A stretch of DNA of 64,000 nt, from contig CAWKBC010000032.1 in assembly GCA_963847705.1 (NCBI GenBank), positions 96,001 through 160,000 on the forward strand. Direction: 5' to 3'. A model generated the notes under the pieces. The model searched no databases. It was not told where the DNA came from and saw nothing but the letters and a program-made list of their open reading frames with translations. This document shows, one piece after another, positions 22,292 through 33,995 of this stretch. The DNA is from an uncultured Pseudomonadota bacterium. GTDB lineage: Bacteria > Myxococcota_A > Polyangia > Fen-1088. Position numbers and translations under genes: made by a program. Each line of letters opens with the position of its first letter. Positions within the stretch are counted from its first letter, which is position 1.

Positions 22292-22899
22292 CCGCCGCCC
22301 GCGATCTGGCGATCGACGCCTGCGGCCGCATCGCCGAGTTCTGGGGCTTCACCCGCACGATGGGCCGCGCCTTCGGCCTGCTCTACCTGTCGCGCGAGCC
22401 GCTCGGGCAGGGGGAGCTGCAGCTGCGGCTGGGGATCTCGGTGGGGAGCGCCTCGATGACGCTGGCGGCGCTGGGGCGCTGGGGGGTCGTCCACAAGGTC
22501 TGGGTGCGCGGGCAGCGCCGCGAGCACTACCAGGCCGAGACCGACTTCTGGAAGATGATCTCCGGCGTGCTCAACGAGCGGGAGCGGCGGGAAATCGGCG
22601 CCGCGGTCGAGGTGGTCGGGCGCGCCGAAAAGACCGCGCGCGCGGCCCAGGCCGCGCTCGCCGGACCGTCGGCTCCCCGCCGGGCCAGGGCGGAGGCCGA
22701 CTTCGTGGTCGAGCGGGTCGTCCGCCTGGGCGAGATCTGCCGCCTCGGCGAGACGATGCTCGACATGTTGCTCGGCCAGCTCACCCTCGACGTCGGCCAG
22801 TTCCGTGACGCCTTCAAGGTCCCCTCCCCCCTGGCCACCGCGCCGCCGGGTGAACCGTCGGCGCCGATCCCAGCGCGCGCTCAGCGCCGCCGGCGCTAG
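22270..22899 (+). CDS. GbsR/MarR-type winged-helix transcriptional regulator
   Basis: EFWGFTRTMGRAFGLLYL, LGISVGSASM, YQAETDFWK. Confidence 0.85.
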   Translation: MATDDELTAARDLAIDACGRIAEFWGFTRTMGRAFGLLYLSREPLGQGELQLRLGISVGSASMTLAALGRWGVVHKVWVRGQRREHYQAETDFWKMISGVLNERERREIGAAVEVVGRAEKTARAAQAALAGPSAPRRARAEADFVVERVVRLGEICRLGETMLDMLLGQLTLDVGQFRDAFKVPSPLATAPPGEPSAPIPARAQRRRR

Positions 22900-22905
22900 G
22901 GCGCA

Positions 22906-25443
22906 TCAGGCCTCCTCGCTCCGGAGCAGGTGCTCGAGGAGATTGTGATCGATGGGCTTCACGAAGACCCGCTCGAAGCCCGCGACGGCGGCCTTGGCGG
23001 CGTCACCCGGCTGGCCGTAGCCCGTCATCGCGAAATACCGACAGGTCCCTTCTCGAAGGTCTCTGCGCAGGGAGCGCACCAGCTGGTAGCCGTCCATCAC
23101 CGGCAGACCGATGTCGAGCAGAGCCACCTCGGGCTCGAACTCGCTGGATAAGGAGAGCGCGGTGGGACCATCGTGGGCGACGCGCACCTCATGTCCGTCC
23201 AGCGCGAGCAGCTCGGCCAGCGAATCGGCGGCGTCCTGGTTGTCATCCACCACCAGCACGCGCTTCTTGACCTGGCCGGACGCACCCGCCGGGGCCACCC
23301 ACTTCCGCTCATCCCCGGGTGGTGATGCCGCGTCCGTGATGAGGCCCGGGAGCCGTACCACGAACTCGCTGCCGCGTCCGAGACCGTCGCTGCTGGCGCG
23401 CACGGACCCGCCGTGTAACCCGACCAGGCCCTTCACGACCGCCAGACCGAGTCCGAGCCCGCCGTCGCTCCGGGAGGCGTCGCGGGGACCTTGAACGAAC
23501 GGCTCGAACAGGCGCCGCAGCAGCTCTGCATCCAGCCCCTGGCCGTCGTCCTGCACCCGTATGACGAGCTCGCCGCCGTCGGCGGCGACCGACAGATTCA
23601 CGTGGCCCCCAGCCGGCGTGTAGCGCGCGGCGTTCGAGAGGAGATTGGCGATCACCTGCTTGATGCGCGTCCCGTCACCGTGCCAGCGGAGGTTCGGCGT
23701 GACCCGGACCTGCAGCTGATGACGGCGCTGGCTGAGGAGCGTGTCCACGATTTCGAGCGCGTCCTCCACCAGCGCCGAGACGTCGCAATCCTCGCGCCGC
23801 AGCTCGATCTTCCCGCGCGTCACCCGCGAGATGTCGAGGAGATCGTCGACCAGACGAACCAGGTGTTTCACCTGGCGCGCGATGATGGCGCGTTCGCGAC
23901 CGGTGTCCCCGCCCTCGCGACGTCCCATGAGGGTGAGCGCCGTCACGATCGGGGAGAGGGGATTGCGCAGCTCGTGCCCCAGCATGGCCAGGAACTGATC
24001 CTTGGCCTGGGACGACTGCTCCAGCTCGCGAACCAGCGTCGCGCGCTCCGCGGCCGTGCGCTCGAGGTCCCGCCTGGCCTGAACTCTGGCGGTCATCTCG
24101 ACGGCCACGACCATCATCGCGTCGACGACCTCGCCTTGGGTCCGGATCGGCACCACCGTGAAGTCGAAGAACCTCTCCTCGACGACGTTGTCGCTCTCTC
24201 GCGCCAAGGGGACGAGCTGCTCGTTCGCGAAGAACGTCTCACCGCCGTCGTAGACCTTCCTGAGGATCTCCTGCACCGGCGTGCCGAGCAGCTCGGGAAA
24301 ACACGCGCCCCACTCTCGTCCGACGACCTGGCGGCCCACCATGCGGACATAGAGCTCATTGGCCAGCTCGTAGCGCCATCCGGGACCCACCATGAGCGCC
24401 GCCGCGAAGGGGGCCTGCAGCAAGAGATCGCGGCGGGCCCCCTCGGCTGCCAGGCGCGCACCTTGAGAACGGATCCGCTGCGCGGCGCTGGTCAGTTGCC
24501 GCTCGAGGCCGAGGACGTGCTCTCGATACGCCGCATCGTACGGAAGACGAGGGCTGAGGCCGATGACGAGCTGGCCGTAAGGCGCCGCGCCCGGACCGTC
24601 GCGCAGCGGCACGACGACGGCATGCGTGCTGGCTTCAGGCCAGGGCGTCCCGGGCAGCGCCGACACCCCGGACAGGTCAATCAGCGTCAGCATGTGCTGC
24701 GACAGGCGCCCGGTGTCTGCTTCCAGCCGTGCCAGGAGATGCGCAAAGAGGGCCGCCGCACCTTCGGCGCCGAGGCCGCTGGTGGCAATCGGGACCCGCC
24801 CTGGGGAATTGCCGTCGCCGTGAAAGGCCAGCGCCCAGGGGGAGTCCTCCGGCGTCGCGGCGAGCGCCCGAACCACGGCGTGCGCCACATCGTCGGTGTG
24901 CTCCGCGCCGCTCAGCAGCTCGGCGACGTTTTGCGCGGTCCGGAGGCGGCGCAGAGCGACCACCCGGGACGTCGTCTCGGTGACCACCACGAGCACCCCC
25001 GCGATCGCGCCGTCGGCTTCGCGCACGGGCGAGTACCCGTACGTCCAGTAGACCTCCTCCATGCGGCCGTTCCGAAAGATCGGAACCAGAGCGTCCTCGT
25101 GGAACGTCGACTCTCCCTGCTGCACGCCGGCGATTTCTGGTCCGATGATGGGCCAGATTTCGGCCCAACACTCGCGGCCGCGCTGGCCCATGGCAGACGG
25201 ATGCCGGCCGACGCCGAAGCTCGGCGTGTAGCCGTCGTTGTAGAACTGCACCAGGTCGCTGCCCCACCACAGGAACATCGGGTGATGGGAGTGCAGCATC
25301 ATGGAGACCAGGCTCTTCAGGCTCTGCGGCCAGGTGTCGACGGGGCCGACCGAGGTCGACGCCCAGTCCACCTTGCGGATGAGCTTCGCGCTCTCGCCGC
25401 CGCCAGCTCCCAGCCAGCTCCAGGGATCTCGACTCATCACCAA
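22906..25443 (-). CDS. Hybrid sensor histidine kinase (PAS/GAF-HisKA-HATPase-REC)
   Basis: DWASTSVGP..WPQSL, FLAMLGHELRNPL, NLLSNAARYT, DDGQG, GGLGLGL, VLVVDDN, LLDIGLP. Confidence 0.92.
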   Translation of the reverse strand: MVMSRDPWSWLGAGGGESAKLIRKVDWASTSVGPVDTWPQSLKSLVSMMLHSHHPMFLWWGSDLVQFYNDGYTPSFGVGRHPSAMGQRGRECWAEIWPIIGPEIAGVQQGESTFHEDALVPIFRNGRMEEVYWTYGYSPVREADGAIAGVLVVVTETTSRVVALRRLRTAQNVAELLSGAEHTDDVAHAVVRALAATPEDSPWALAFHGDGNSPGRVPIATSGLGAEGAAALFAHLLARLEADTGRLSQHMLTLIDLSGVSALPGTPWPEASTHAVVVPLRDGPGAAPYGQLVIGLSPRLPYDAAYREHVLGLERQLTSAAQRIRSQGARLAAEGARRDLLLQAPFAAALMVGPGWRYELANELYVRMVGRQVVGREWGACFPELLGTPVQEILRKVYDGGETFFANEQLVPLARESDNVVEERFFDFTVVPIRTQGEVVDAMMVVAVEMTARVQARRDLERTAAERATLVRELEQSSQAKDQFLAMLGHELRNPLSPIVTALTLMGRREGGDTGRERAIIARQVKHLVRLVDDLLDISRVTRGKIELRREDCDVSALVEDALEIVDTLLSQRRHQLQVRVTPNLRWHGDGTRIKQVIANLLSNAARYTPAGGHVNLSVAADGGELVIRVQDDGQGLDAELLRRLFEPFVQGPRDASRSDGGLGLGLAVVKGLVGLHGGSVRASSDGLGRGSEFVVRLPGLITDAASPPGDERKWVAPAGASGQVKKRVLVVDDNQDAADSLAELLALDGHEVRVAHDGPTALSLSSEFEPEVALLDIGLPVMDGYQLVRSLRRDLREGTCRYFAMTGYGQPGDAAKAAVAGFERVFVKPIDHNLLEHLLRSEEA

Positions 25444-25497
25444 GACCGACGCGTCAGACGCGCGCGTGGTGCTTCCAACATCTCAGAACCTTACATA

Positions 25498-25557
25498 TCA
25501 CCGGCCGAATGGGCGTGTCACCGGCCGAATGGGCGTGTCACCGGCCGAATGGGCGTG
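25498..25557. repeat. Perfect 20-bp tandem repeat x3 (TCACCGGCCGAATGGGCGTG)
   Basis: Three identical units at 25498, 25518 and 25538, upstream of the hybrid kinase. Confidence 0.95.
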
Positions 25558-25628
25558 CAGCAAGCATCGACCACGCAGTTCGATACGCAGGCTGGACCGA
25601 CCGATCGTCCCTCCGCGGGTGGGGCGCT

Positions 25629-26591
25629 TTACCCGGGCGGAAGGTCGGCCCAGTTGTGCCGCGCGCAGATCGCCGCCAGCGACGCGGCCTCGGCGCTGCC
25701 GGGCTCGGGCGCCTGCGCGTAGGCCCAGCGAACCTCGGGCGGCAACGACATCAGGATCGATTCGACCCGCCCGTCGGTGCGCAGGCCGAACACCGTGCCG
25801 CGGTCATAGAGGAGATTGAACTCGACGTAGCGCCCGCGGCGCACGAGCTGCCAGTCGCGTTCGCGCTCGCCCCAGGGGTCGGCGCGCCGCCGTTCGACGA
25901 TCGGCAGGTAAGCGGCCAGCACGGTCTCGCCGACGTCGCGCACGAAGGCGAACATCGCCTCGGCGTCCGCCTCGCGCGGCGATGGCGGGTCGGGGGCGGC
26001 CTGGCCTGCGGTCGCCTCGGCCCCGGCGCCGAGGTAGTCGAAGAAGAGGCCCCCCACCCCGCGTGGCTCGTTGCGGTGGGGCAAGAAGAAGTAGTCGTCG
26101 CACCAGCGCTTCCAGCGCGGGTAAAAGCCGGCGTCGTGCCTGGCGCAGCAGTCACGCAGCGTCTGGTGAAACGAGGTCGCGTCCTCGGGGACGACGTAGT
26201 ACGGCGTCAGATCCGTCCCGCCGCCGAACCAGCTCCGGACGCCGCGCTGGATGTGCCTGACGTTGGCGTGCACGGTCGGGATGCGCGGGCTTCGGGGGTG
26301 GAAGATGAGCGAGAGGCCGGTGGCCCGGAAGTCGAGCCCCTCGCCCGGCAGCGCCCGGGCCATCTCCGGCCGCAGCGTCCCCTGCACGTCGGAGAACCCC
26401 ACGCCAGCCTTTTCGAACAGCGCGCCGCCGGCCAGGACCCGCGTGCGGCCGCCGCCCCCGCCCGGCCGCGTCCAGGCGTCCTCGCGAAAACGGCCACCGC
26501 CGTCGGCGGTCTCGATCGCGGCCGTGATCCGGTCCTGAAGACCGCGGAAGAAATCACGCGTGCGGTCGCCGAGGGGAGCCAGCTCGGACAT
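25629..26591 (-). CDS. hemF: Oxygen-dependent coproporphyrinogen III oxidase
   Basis: FEKAGVGFS, HPRSP..PTVHAN, WFGGGTDLTP, RRGRYVEFNL.YDRGT.FGL. Confidence 0.96.
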   Translation of the reverse strand: MSELAPLGDRTRDFFRGLQDRITAAIETADGGGRFREDAWTRPGGGGGRTRVLAGGALFEKAGVGFSDVQGTLRPEMARALPGEGLDFRATGLSLIFHPRSPRIPTVHANVRHIQRGVRSWFGGGTDLTPYYVVPEDATSFHQTLRDCCARHDAGFYPRWKRWCDDYFFLPHRNEPRGVGGLFFDYLGAGAEATAGQAAPDPPSPREADAEAMFAFVRDVGETVLAAYLPIVERRRADPWGERERDWQLVRRGRYVEFNLLYDRGTVFGLRTDGRVESILMSLPPEVRWAYAQAPEPGSAEAASLAAICARHNWADLPPG

Positions 26592-26598
26592 CAGCGCT

Positions 26599-28665
26599 TC
26601 AGCTCCTCGCTCCGCTCGGCGTCTTCAGGGTCACGATCCGCCGCTTCACGTCGCGGAACCCCGGATCGCGCTTGCCGACGTTCTCGAAGAAGTAGAGCGC
26701 CTCGCGGATGTCCCCCAGCTGCTCGAAGACCGCGCCGAGGAGGTAGTAGAGCTCGACCGACTCCTGCGCGGTGGCCTGCGGCAGGTTGAGCGCCTCCTTG
26801 TAGCGCTTCACCGCCTCGCCCAGCTCCCCCTTGGCCTCGACGCACTCGCCGATCATCGTGTAGGCGAAGACCGCGCGCGTCTTGTCGGCCGCCAGTTGCT
26901 TGAACTCCTCGATGGCGGCGTCGTGAAGGCCCATCTGCTTGTAGGCGATCCCCAGATCGCCGTGGGTGGCCGGATCGGCGTTCTCCGACGCGGACAGCTT
27001 GGCCACCGGGCCATTCGGCGCCGCGGGGGCACCACCGCCCGGGATGGCGCCGTGGCCCTCCGAGGCATAGGCGCGACGCCGCTCGGCCAGCAGCGGATGG
27101 CCGGGGAAGCGCTGCTCCAGATCGACCAGCACCGCGCGCGCCTCGTCGTGCAGCGACTGCTGCGCGAAGAAGTCGAGCTGCTCGAGCTCTGTGGCCAGCT
27201 CGTCGGCGGCGGACCTCCCCTTGGGCTCGGGGGCGGGCGCGGCGGCGCGGCGCCCGAGCAGACGCGCCGCCTGGGCGCAGGCCGGATCCAGCGCCAGCGC
27301 CCGCTCGGCAAGCTTGGGCGCGGCGTCATCGCCGGCGGCGTGCAGCTGCTCTGCCAGCGTGGCCAGCTCCACCGCGGCCTCGCGCTTGCGTCCGGTCTGG
27401 ACCAGGACGGCGGCCAGCCGTTCGCGCGCTTCGTGGTGCTCCGGCTCGATCGCGAAGATCCGGCGCAGGTGATCGACGGCCCGCTCGGCGAGGCCGTACT
27501 TCACGAAGACGTCGGCCTCCGACAGGATGCGCGCCACGTCGCTCATGGGCGTCAGCCCGGAAGCGCCAGGTCCGCCGGAAGTCCCCAGCCGCGACATCCC
27601 CGGCGACATCCCCGAGCCTCCCGATCGCAGGCCCGACCGGCCTTCCGTTCGATCCTGCGGGGCGAACTCGGGCGGCACCGCCTGCACGCTGGTCACGACC
27701 GAAGAGATCGTCCCGGAGGGAACCCTGGGCGGCGGCAGGCGAACGCGCGCCGCCGCCGCGCCGAGCGACAGCCCCCAGCGCGCCGCCATCTCGCGCGTCT
27801 CCCCGTCGGTGGCATCGAGCGCCAGCGCCGCGCGCACCGCGGCGTCCCGGGCGTCCTCCCGGTGCGCCTCGGCGTGGATCTCGGCCAGCTCGCGCCAGAC
27901 CGGAATCGCCTTGCGCGGATCGAGCTCGACCATCGCCTCGGCCAGCAGCGTGACGTTCTGCGGATCGCGCGGCGCCGCCTTGAGCGCGCCCTGCAGCTTG
28001 GACAGCGCCAGCCGCGGGTTCTTGCGCGCGATGTAGGCCGCCGCCAGATCGCGCGCCACCGCGAAGTTGTCGGGGCGGTGAAACAGCAGGCGCTCCGCCA
28101 CGCGCACGTACTCGTCGGCGCGCCCCTCCATCTTCAGCTGGTCGCTGGCCTGCCCGAACTCGCGGATGGCCTCCTCCGTCCGCCCCGCCTGCGACGCTGC
28201 CTCGGCGAGCCGGATGCGCGAGACGACGTTGTCCGGGTGGAGCTCCACCATCTTGCGCAGCGCCGGCAGCGCGTCGGCCGGCCGACTCGACTGCTGCAGC
28301 TCGGCGACCGCCAGCTCCAGCTCATGCAGCGCGTCGGCCACCATCCCCAGGCGCCGGTAGGCCTCCGACAGCGCGATCCGCACGTGCGGCAGCCCGGGCG
28401 TCAGCTTGAGGACGCTCTTGTAGACGGTGACCGCCTTGGGCAGGAACCCCTGGCCGATGTAGATCTCGGCGGTGCGCAGGTAGATCTCGCGCGCCTCGGC
28501 CAGCGCGCCGTGGCGGACGTGGATCTCGGCCATCTTCAGCCAGGTGCGGGTGTCGGCCGCGTCCTCCTGGACCACGCGCGCGAACTCCTCCAGGGCGCGG
28601 TGGTCCTGCCCCCGCTCCAAGAACTTCTGTGCCGCGGCGAGATGCTTGTCTTTCTTCGTCAGCAC
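26599..28665 (-). CDS. sgmX: Multi-TPR protein, SgmX-like (type IV pilus / polarity activator)
   Basis: N-terminal TPR array (GFLPKAVTVYKSVLKL, LRKMVELHPDNV.SRIRLAE), C-terminal THGDLGIAYKQMGL TPRs; position after accC with mglC upstream matches my recollection of the Myxococcus locus. Confidence 0.7.
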   Translation of the reverse strand: MLTKKDKHLAAAQKFLERGQDHRALEEFARVVQEDAADTRTWLKMAEIHVRHGALAEAREIYLRTAEIYIGQGFLPKAVTVYKSVLKLTPGLPHVRIALSEAYRRLGMVADALHELELAVAELQQSSRPADALPALRKMVELHPDNVVSRIRLAEAASQAGRTEEAIREFGQASDQLKMEGRADEYVRVAERLLFHRPDNFAVARDLAAAYIARKNPRLALSKLQGALKAAPRDPQNVTLLAEAMVELDPRKAIPVWRELAEIHAEAHREDARDAAVRAALALDATDGETREMAARWGLSLGAAAARVRLPPPRVPSGTISSVVTSVQAVPPEFAPQDRTEGRSGLRSGGSGMSPGMSRLGTSGGPGASGLTPMSDVARILSEADVFVKYGLAERAVDHLRRIFAIEPEHHEARERLAAVLVQTGRKREAAVELATLAEQLHAAGDDAAPKLAERALALDPACAQAARLLGRRAAAPAPEPKGRSAADELATELEQLDFFAQQSLHDEARAVLVDLEQRFPGHPLLAERRRAYASEGHGAIPGGGAPAAPNGPVAKLSASENADPATHGDLGIAYKQMGLHDAAIEEFKQLAADKTRAVFAYTMIGECVEAKGELGEAVKRYKEALNLPQATAQESVELYYLLGAVFEQLGDIREALYFFENVGKRDPGFRDVKRRIVTLKTPSGARS

Positions 28666-28678
28666 CGGCCGGCTAAGT

Positions 28679-29998
<1,320 letters not shown>

Positions 29999-30001
<3 letters not shown>

Positions 30002-30220
30002 GGGAGCCCTGGGAGGGTTCCCATACCCTCCCGCGAAGAGCTCGGTCGAGCGAAGCTCGCCCTCCCTCGACATGGGAACCCTGGGAGGGTTCCCATACCC
30101 TCCCGCGAAGAGCTCGGTCGAGCGAAGCTCGCCCTCCCTCGACATGGGAACCCTGGGAGGGTTCCCATACCCTCCCGCGAAGAGCTCGGTCGAGCGAAGC
30201 TCGCCCTCCCTCACGCGATC
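29999..30220. repeat. REP-like palindromic element, 72-bp unit x3 between accB and accC
   Basis: Units start at 29999, 30071 and 30143; hairpins ATGGGAACCCT-GGG-AGGGTTCCCAT and CGAGC-GAA-GCTCG; ends ACGCGATC; same family as 15484. Confidence 0.92.
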
Positions 30221-30233
30221 CGCGCCTCATTTA

Positions 30234-30764
<531 letters not shown>

Positions 30765-30797
30765 GAAAAGTCTGCGTCCTCTAGGGTCGGCGCGCGC

Positions 30798-31169
30798 CTA
30801 CAGATCGGCGCGGAGTGCGGGGGCCGACAGGCGCATCAAATAGCGCGCCCGCCCCAGGTTGCCGGTCGGCAGGATGGCGCACGCCAGAAAGTACTCCGGG
30901 GTCAGCAGGCGTACCACCAGGGTCATCTTGTCGGTGCGCAGGGTGAACTCTTCCAGGGCCCCGGCGTCGACCGACTCCAGCGTCCGGCGGGCCTGGGCGA
31001 TGAGGTGGGCGAACTCCATCGACAGCGTCTGGATGTCGGGCCCCCCGGCCGCGGCCTCCTTCGAGGAGATGTCGACCGTGATGCCGTCGAATCCCATGAG
31101 CGCGCAGGACACCGCGCCTTCGATCCCGTTCACAAGCTTCTCGATGCTTTCGCGAAAAGGGCTCGCCAT
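30798..31169 (-). CDS. mglC: Roadblock/LC7 protein, MglC-like
   Basis: MGFDGI motif, PEYFL, GNLGRARYLMR..AP..RADL; resembles Myxococcus MglC as I recall it. Confidence 0.8.
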   Translation of the reverse strand: MASPFRESIEKLVNGIEGAVSCALMGFDGITVDISSKEAAAGGPDIQTLSMEFAHLIAQARRTLESVDAGALEEFTLRTDKMTLVVRLLTPEYFLACAILPTGNLGRARYLMRLSAPALRADL

Positions 31170-31206
31170 GGTCGCCTTGGGCTTGTACTCGCTCGGGATT
31201 CGGGGG

Positions 31207-32292
31207 TCAAGCTTCCGGGACGCCCAACCCTGACGCGATCTGCTGGGGTGTCAAGTCGCGCAGCAGGGTCTCCCCGGGTTTGGGGCAAAGGACGAAGCGG
31301 ATCGTGCTGCCGCGGCGCTTCTTGTCGACGGTGACGCGCGACATGACCTCGGCGTCGAGGCGCCGCGCCAGATCGACCGGCAGCGACAGCCGCGCCAGGA
31401 GCGCCACCGCCCGCTCGGCGAGCGCCCGCGGCCCCACCCCCAGCGCGCTCCCCAGCTCCAGCGCGGCGACCATCCCCAGCCCCACCGCCTCCCCGTGAAG
31501 CAGGCCATAGTTCGACGCCGACTCCAGCGCGTGACCCACGGTGTGGCCGAAGTTCAGGATGGCGCGCCGCCCCGACTCCGTCTCGTCCTCGGCCACCACC
31601 TCGGCCTTCACGCGCACCGCGCGCGCCACCAGCTCGCGCACCAGCTCGGGCGAAAGGTCCGGGGCATTCTTCTCCACCAGCTCGAGGATGGTGGGATCGG
31701 CGATGAACCCGCACTTGATGACCTCGGCCAACCCCGCGGCCCGCTCGCGCAGCGGCAAGGTCTCGAGAAACCCCAGGTCGGCGATCACCGCCTTCGGCTG
31801 GTGGAACGCGCCGACCAGGTTCTTCCCCGCCGCCAGATCGACCCCTGTCTTGCCGCCCACCGAGGCGTCGACCATGGCCAGCAGGGTCGTCGGAATCGTG
31901 GCGAACTGGACGCCGCGCAGGTAGACCGCGGCGGCGAACCCGGCGTGGTCGGTCGTCGCGCCGCCGCCGATGCCGACGATGGCGGCGCGCCGATCGTAGC
32001 CCCGGGCGGCCAGCCACTCCACGGTCTTCTCGAGCTCCGTCAGGCTCTTGCAGGCCTCACCGGCGCGCAGGTCGAGCCGGCTGACGCCGGGCAGCCTGGC
32101 GACGAGCGCCGCCACCAGCGCCTCCGTGCGCCCGTGCCTGGCCAGGCCGCCGTCGACCAGCAGCGCCACCCCCGTCGTCGAGGGCCCGAAGGCCGCCGCC
32201 AGCACGTTGACGATCGTCTCGGGCGCGCAATCTCCAATCCGCACCTCGTAACGGCGCGGCCCTAGCTCGACAGGAATGATCGTATCGCTCAC
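31207..32292 (-). CDS. aroB: 3-dehydroquinate synthase
   Basis: GEACKS, PTTLLAMVDASVGGKTG, KNLVGAF.QP, LNFGHTVGHALE, HGEAV. Confidence 0.96.
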   Translation of the reverse strand: MSDTIIPVELGPRRYEVRIGDCAPETIVNVLAAAFGPSTTGVALLVDGGLARHGRTEALVAALVARLPGVSRLDLRAGEACKSLTELEKTVEWLAARGYDRRAAIVGIGGGATTDHAGFAAAVYLRGVQFATIPTTLLAMVDASVGGKTGVDLAAGKNLVGAFHQPKAVIADLGFLETLPLRERAAGLAEVIKCGFIADPTILELVEKNAPDLSPELVRELVARAVRVKAEVVAEDETESGRRAILNFGHTVGHALESASNYGLLHGEAVGLGMVAALELGSALGVGPRALAERAVALLARLSLPVDLARRLDAEVMSRVTVDKKRRGSTIRFVLCPKPGETLLRDLTPQQIASGLGVPEA

Positions 32293-32888
32293 GCGCTGTC
32301 CTCTTTGTCCTGGGTTCGTCTTTCAGAGGCGTCCGGGCCGAGCCCGAGGCCTCCGAGGATCTCACCCGCCGCCTCGGCGGGCGTCTGGCGATCGGTCTCC
32401 ACGCGCAGATGGGCGCGCGCGTAGAACGGCTGGCGCGCCGAGAGCAGCGCGGTGGCGGCCGCCAGCGGATCGGAGCTCCCGTCGAGCAGCGGCCGCCCCG
32501 ACCGGCTCCCGGTCCGCCGCACCGCCTCGGCGGCCGAGACGGCGAGCGCCACCACCCGACCGGAGGCCAGCATCAGGGCCAGGTTCTCCTCACGGCACGC
32601 CGCGCCGCCGCCGGTGGCGACCACCGACCGCCGCCCGGCCGCCGCCGTCCGCAGCGCCCCGGACTCGCGCCGCCGGAAGCCCTCTTCCCCTTCGCCGGCG
32701 AAGATCTCGGCCACGGTCCGGCAGGCGGACCGCACGATCAGGTCATCGAGATCGTCGAACGACCAGCCCAGACGCTCGGCCAGGAGGCGCCCCACGGTGG
32801 TCTTCCCCGAACCCATGAAGCCGATCAAAAAGATGGGGGCCTCGGGGGCGGAGGGGGGGGCCGAGCCAGGCACCACGACAGGCGACAT
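32289..32888 (-). CDS. aroK: Shikimate kinase
   Basis: LIGFMGSGKTTVG, GEEGFR, VATGGG, RPLL. Confidence 0.95.
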   Translation of the reverse strand: MSPVVVPGSAPPSAPEAPIFLIGFMGSGKTTVGRLLAERLGWSFDDLDDLIVRSACRTVAEIFAGEGEEGFRRRESGALRTAAAGRRSVVATGGGAACREENLALMLASGRVVALAVSAAEAVRRTGSRSGRPLLDGSSDPLAAATALLSARQPFYARAHLRVETDRQTPAEAAGEILGGLGLGPDASERRTQDKEDSA

Positions 32889-33008
32889 GAGCGGGCAAAT
32901 CTACCCGAAAATCCCGACCGATCGACGACGGTCCGGGTCTGACCGGCGCCAGGGGCCAAAACGAGTAAATTTTTTGCGCCCCGTCGCGTCCGGCGTTCTA
33001 CTGGAAGC

Positions 33009-33584
33009 ATGAGCGTTGAAGTAGAACGCGCGACATTGCCGTGCGGTGTCTGCGGGGCGGGCGTGACCGAGCTGCGTCGAGGACGCTGCTGGGGGTGCTA
33101 CATGCGGTGGGCGGAGTCGCGCCCGGTCGGACGGGGCGCAGCTTGCACCGTTTGCGGCGAGAAGCGACGGGCCCAGCTGAAGCTGGTCGAGCTTCAGGGG
33201 CGCAGCCTGCCGTTCTGCCACGGCTGTGCGGCGCAGGTGATGCGCCTCCCCGAGGTGCCGGTGACCGTCGAGGAGCTGCGCCAGGCCTTGCGCCGCGACC
33301 GCCGGGACGAGGACCGCCGCGGCGGCAGCAAGGTCGACCAGCGGATCTTTCCCCGCGAGCGTCGGGTGGGCGAGCGGCGCGGCCCCATGCGGGACGCCTT
33401 CGCCGACACCGATCCGCGCATCAAGCTCGCCGACGTGAACCTGGACGACGCCATCATCGAGCTCGGCGACGCCGATCTGGCCGAGGGCGATCAGACCCAG
33501 GTGCGCCGCAACCCGGCCGGCACAGCCGCAGCTGCCGCAGCCGCCGCTGCGATGACCTCCTCCGACCCCTCAGCGGAGCGGTAG
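33009..33584 (+). CDS. Hypothetical protein with four CxxC motifs and (D/E)RR repeats
   Basis: CGVC, CWGC, CTVC, CHGC; RRDRR.EDRR...ERRVGERR. Confidence 0.65.
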   Translation: MSVEVERATLPCGVCGAGVTELRRGRCWGCYMRWAESRPVGRGAACTVCGEKRRAQLKLVELQGRSLPFCHGCAAQVMRLPEVPVTVEELRQALRRDRRDEDRRGGSKVDQRIFPRERRVGERRGPMRDAFADTDPRIKLADVNLDDAIIELGDADLAEGDQTQVRRNPAGTAAAAAAAAAMTSSDPSAER

Positions 33585-33995
33585 CTCCACCTTCCAGCTC
33601 TTCTCCTCGCGGACGGTGTGGACCGTCTGCCGGTCGCCGGTCGCCGAGTAGACCTCGACCTCCGCCTCCGCGCCGTCACGGTGCAGCACGCGCGTCCCGG
33701 CTGGCTCCCAGGCCGGTGGCAGCCAGCCGACGGCGACCAGGTCGGAGGGAGCCAACATCCGTGCGCTGCCGGTCCGGTGGGTGGCCACCAGCAGCGCCTC
33801 GATGTGCGCCCGCGTGCGCGGCCCGAGGCGGTCGTAGACGGCGCCGCGATCGCCGGCGCGGGCGGTGGCGATGAGGGACCGCACGGCCGCCTCCGGGCTG
33901 GAGCCGTCGTCGCGGGCCCCGCAGCCGACCGCCAACCCGGTCGCCAACCCGAGCATGGCCAGCCAGGCCGGGGCCGCCAGCCGCAGACGTTTCAT
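33570..33995 (-). CDS. Putative lipoprotein (NTF2-like/DUF4878-like)
   Basis: Lipobox LAVGC, SPEAAV, VREEKSWKV; overlaps the trpS stop. Confidence 0.65.
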   Translation of the reverse strand: MKRLRLAAPAWLAMLGLATGLAVGCGARDDGSSPEAAVRSLIATARAGDRGAVYDRLGPRTRAHIEALLVATHRTGSARMLAPSDLVAVGWLPPAWEPAGTRVLHRDGAEAEVEVYSATGDRQTVHTVREEKSWKVELPLR

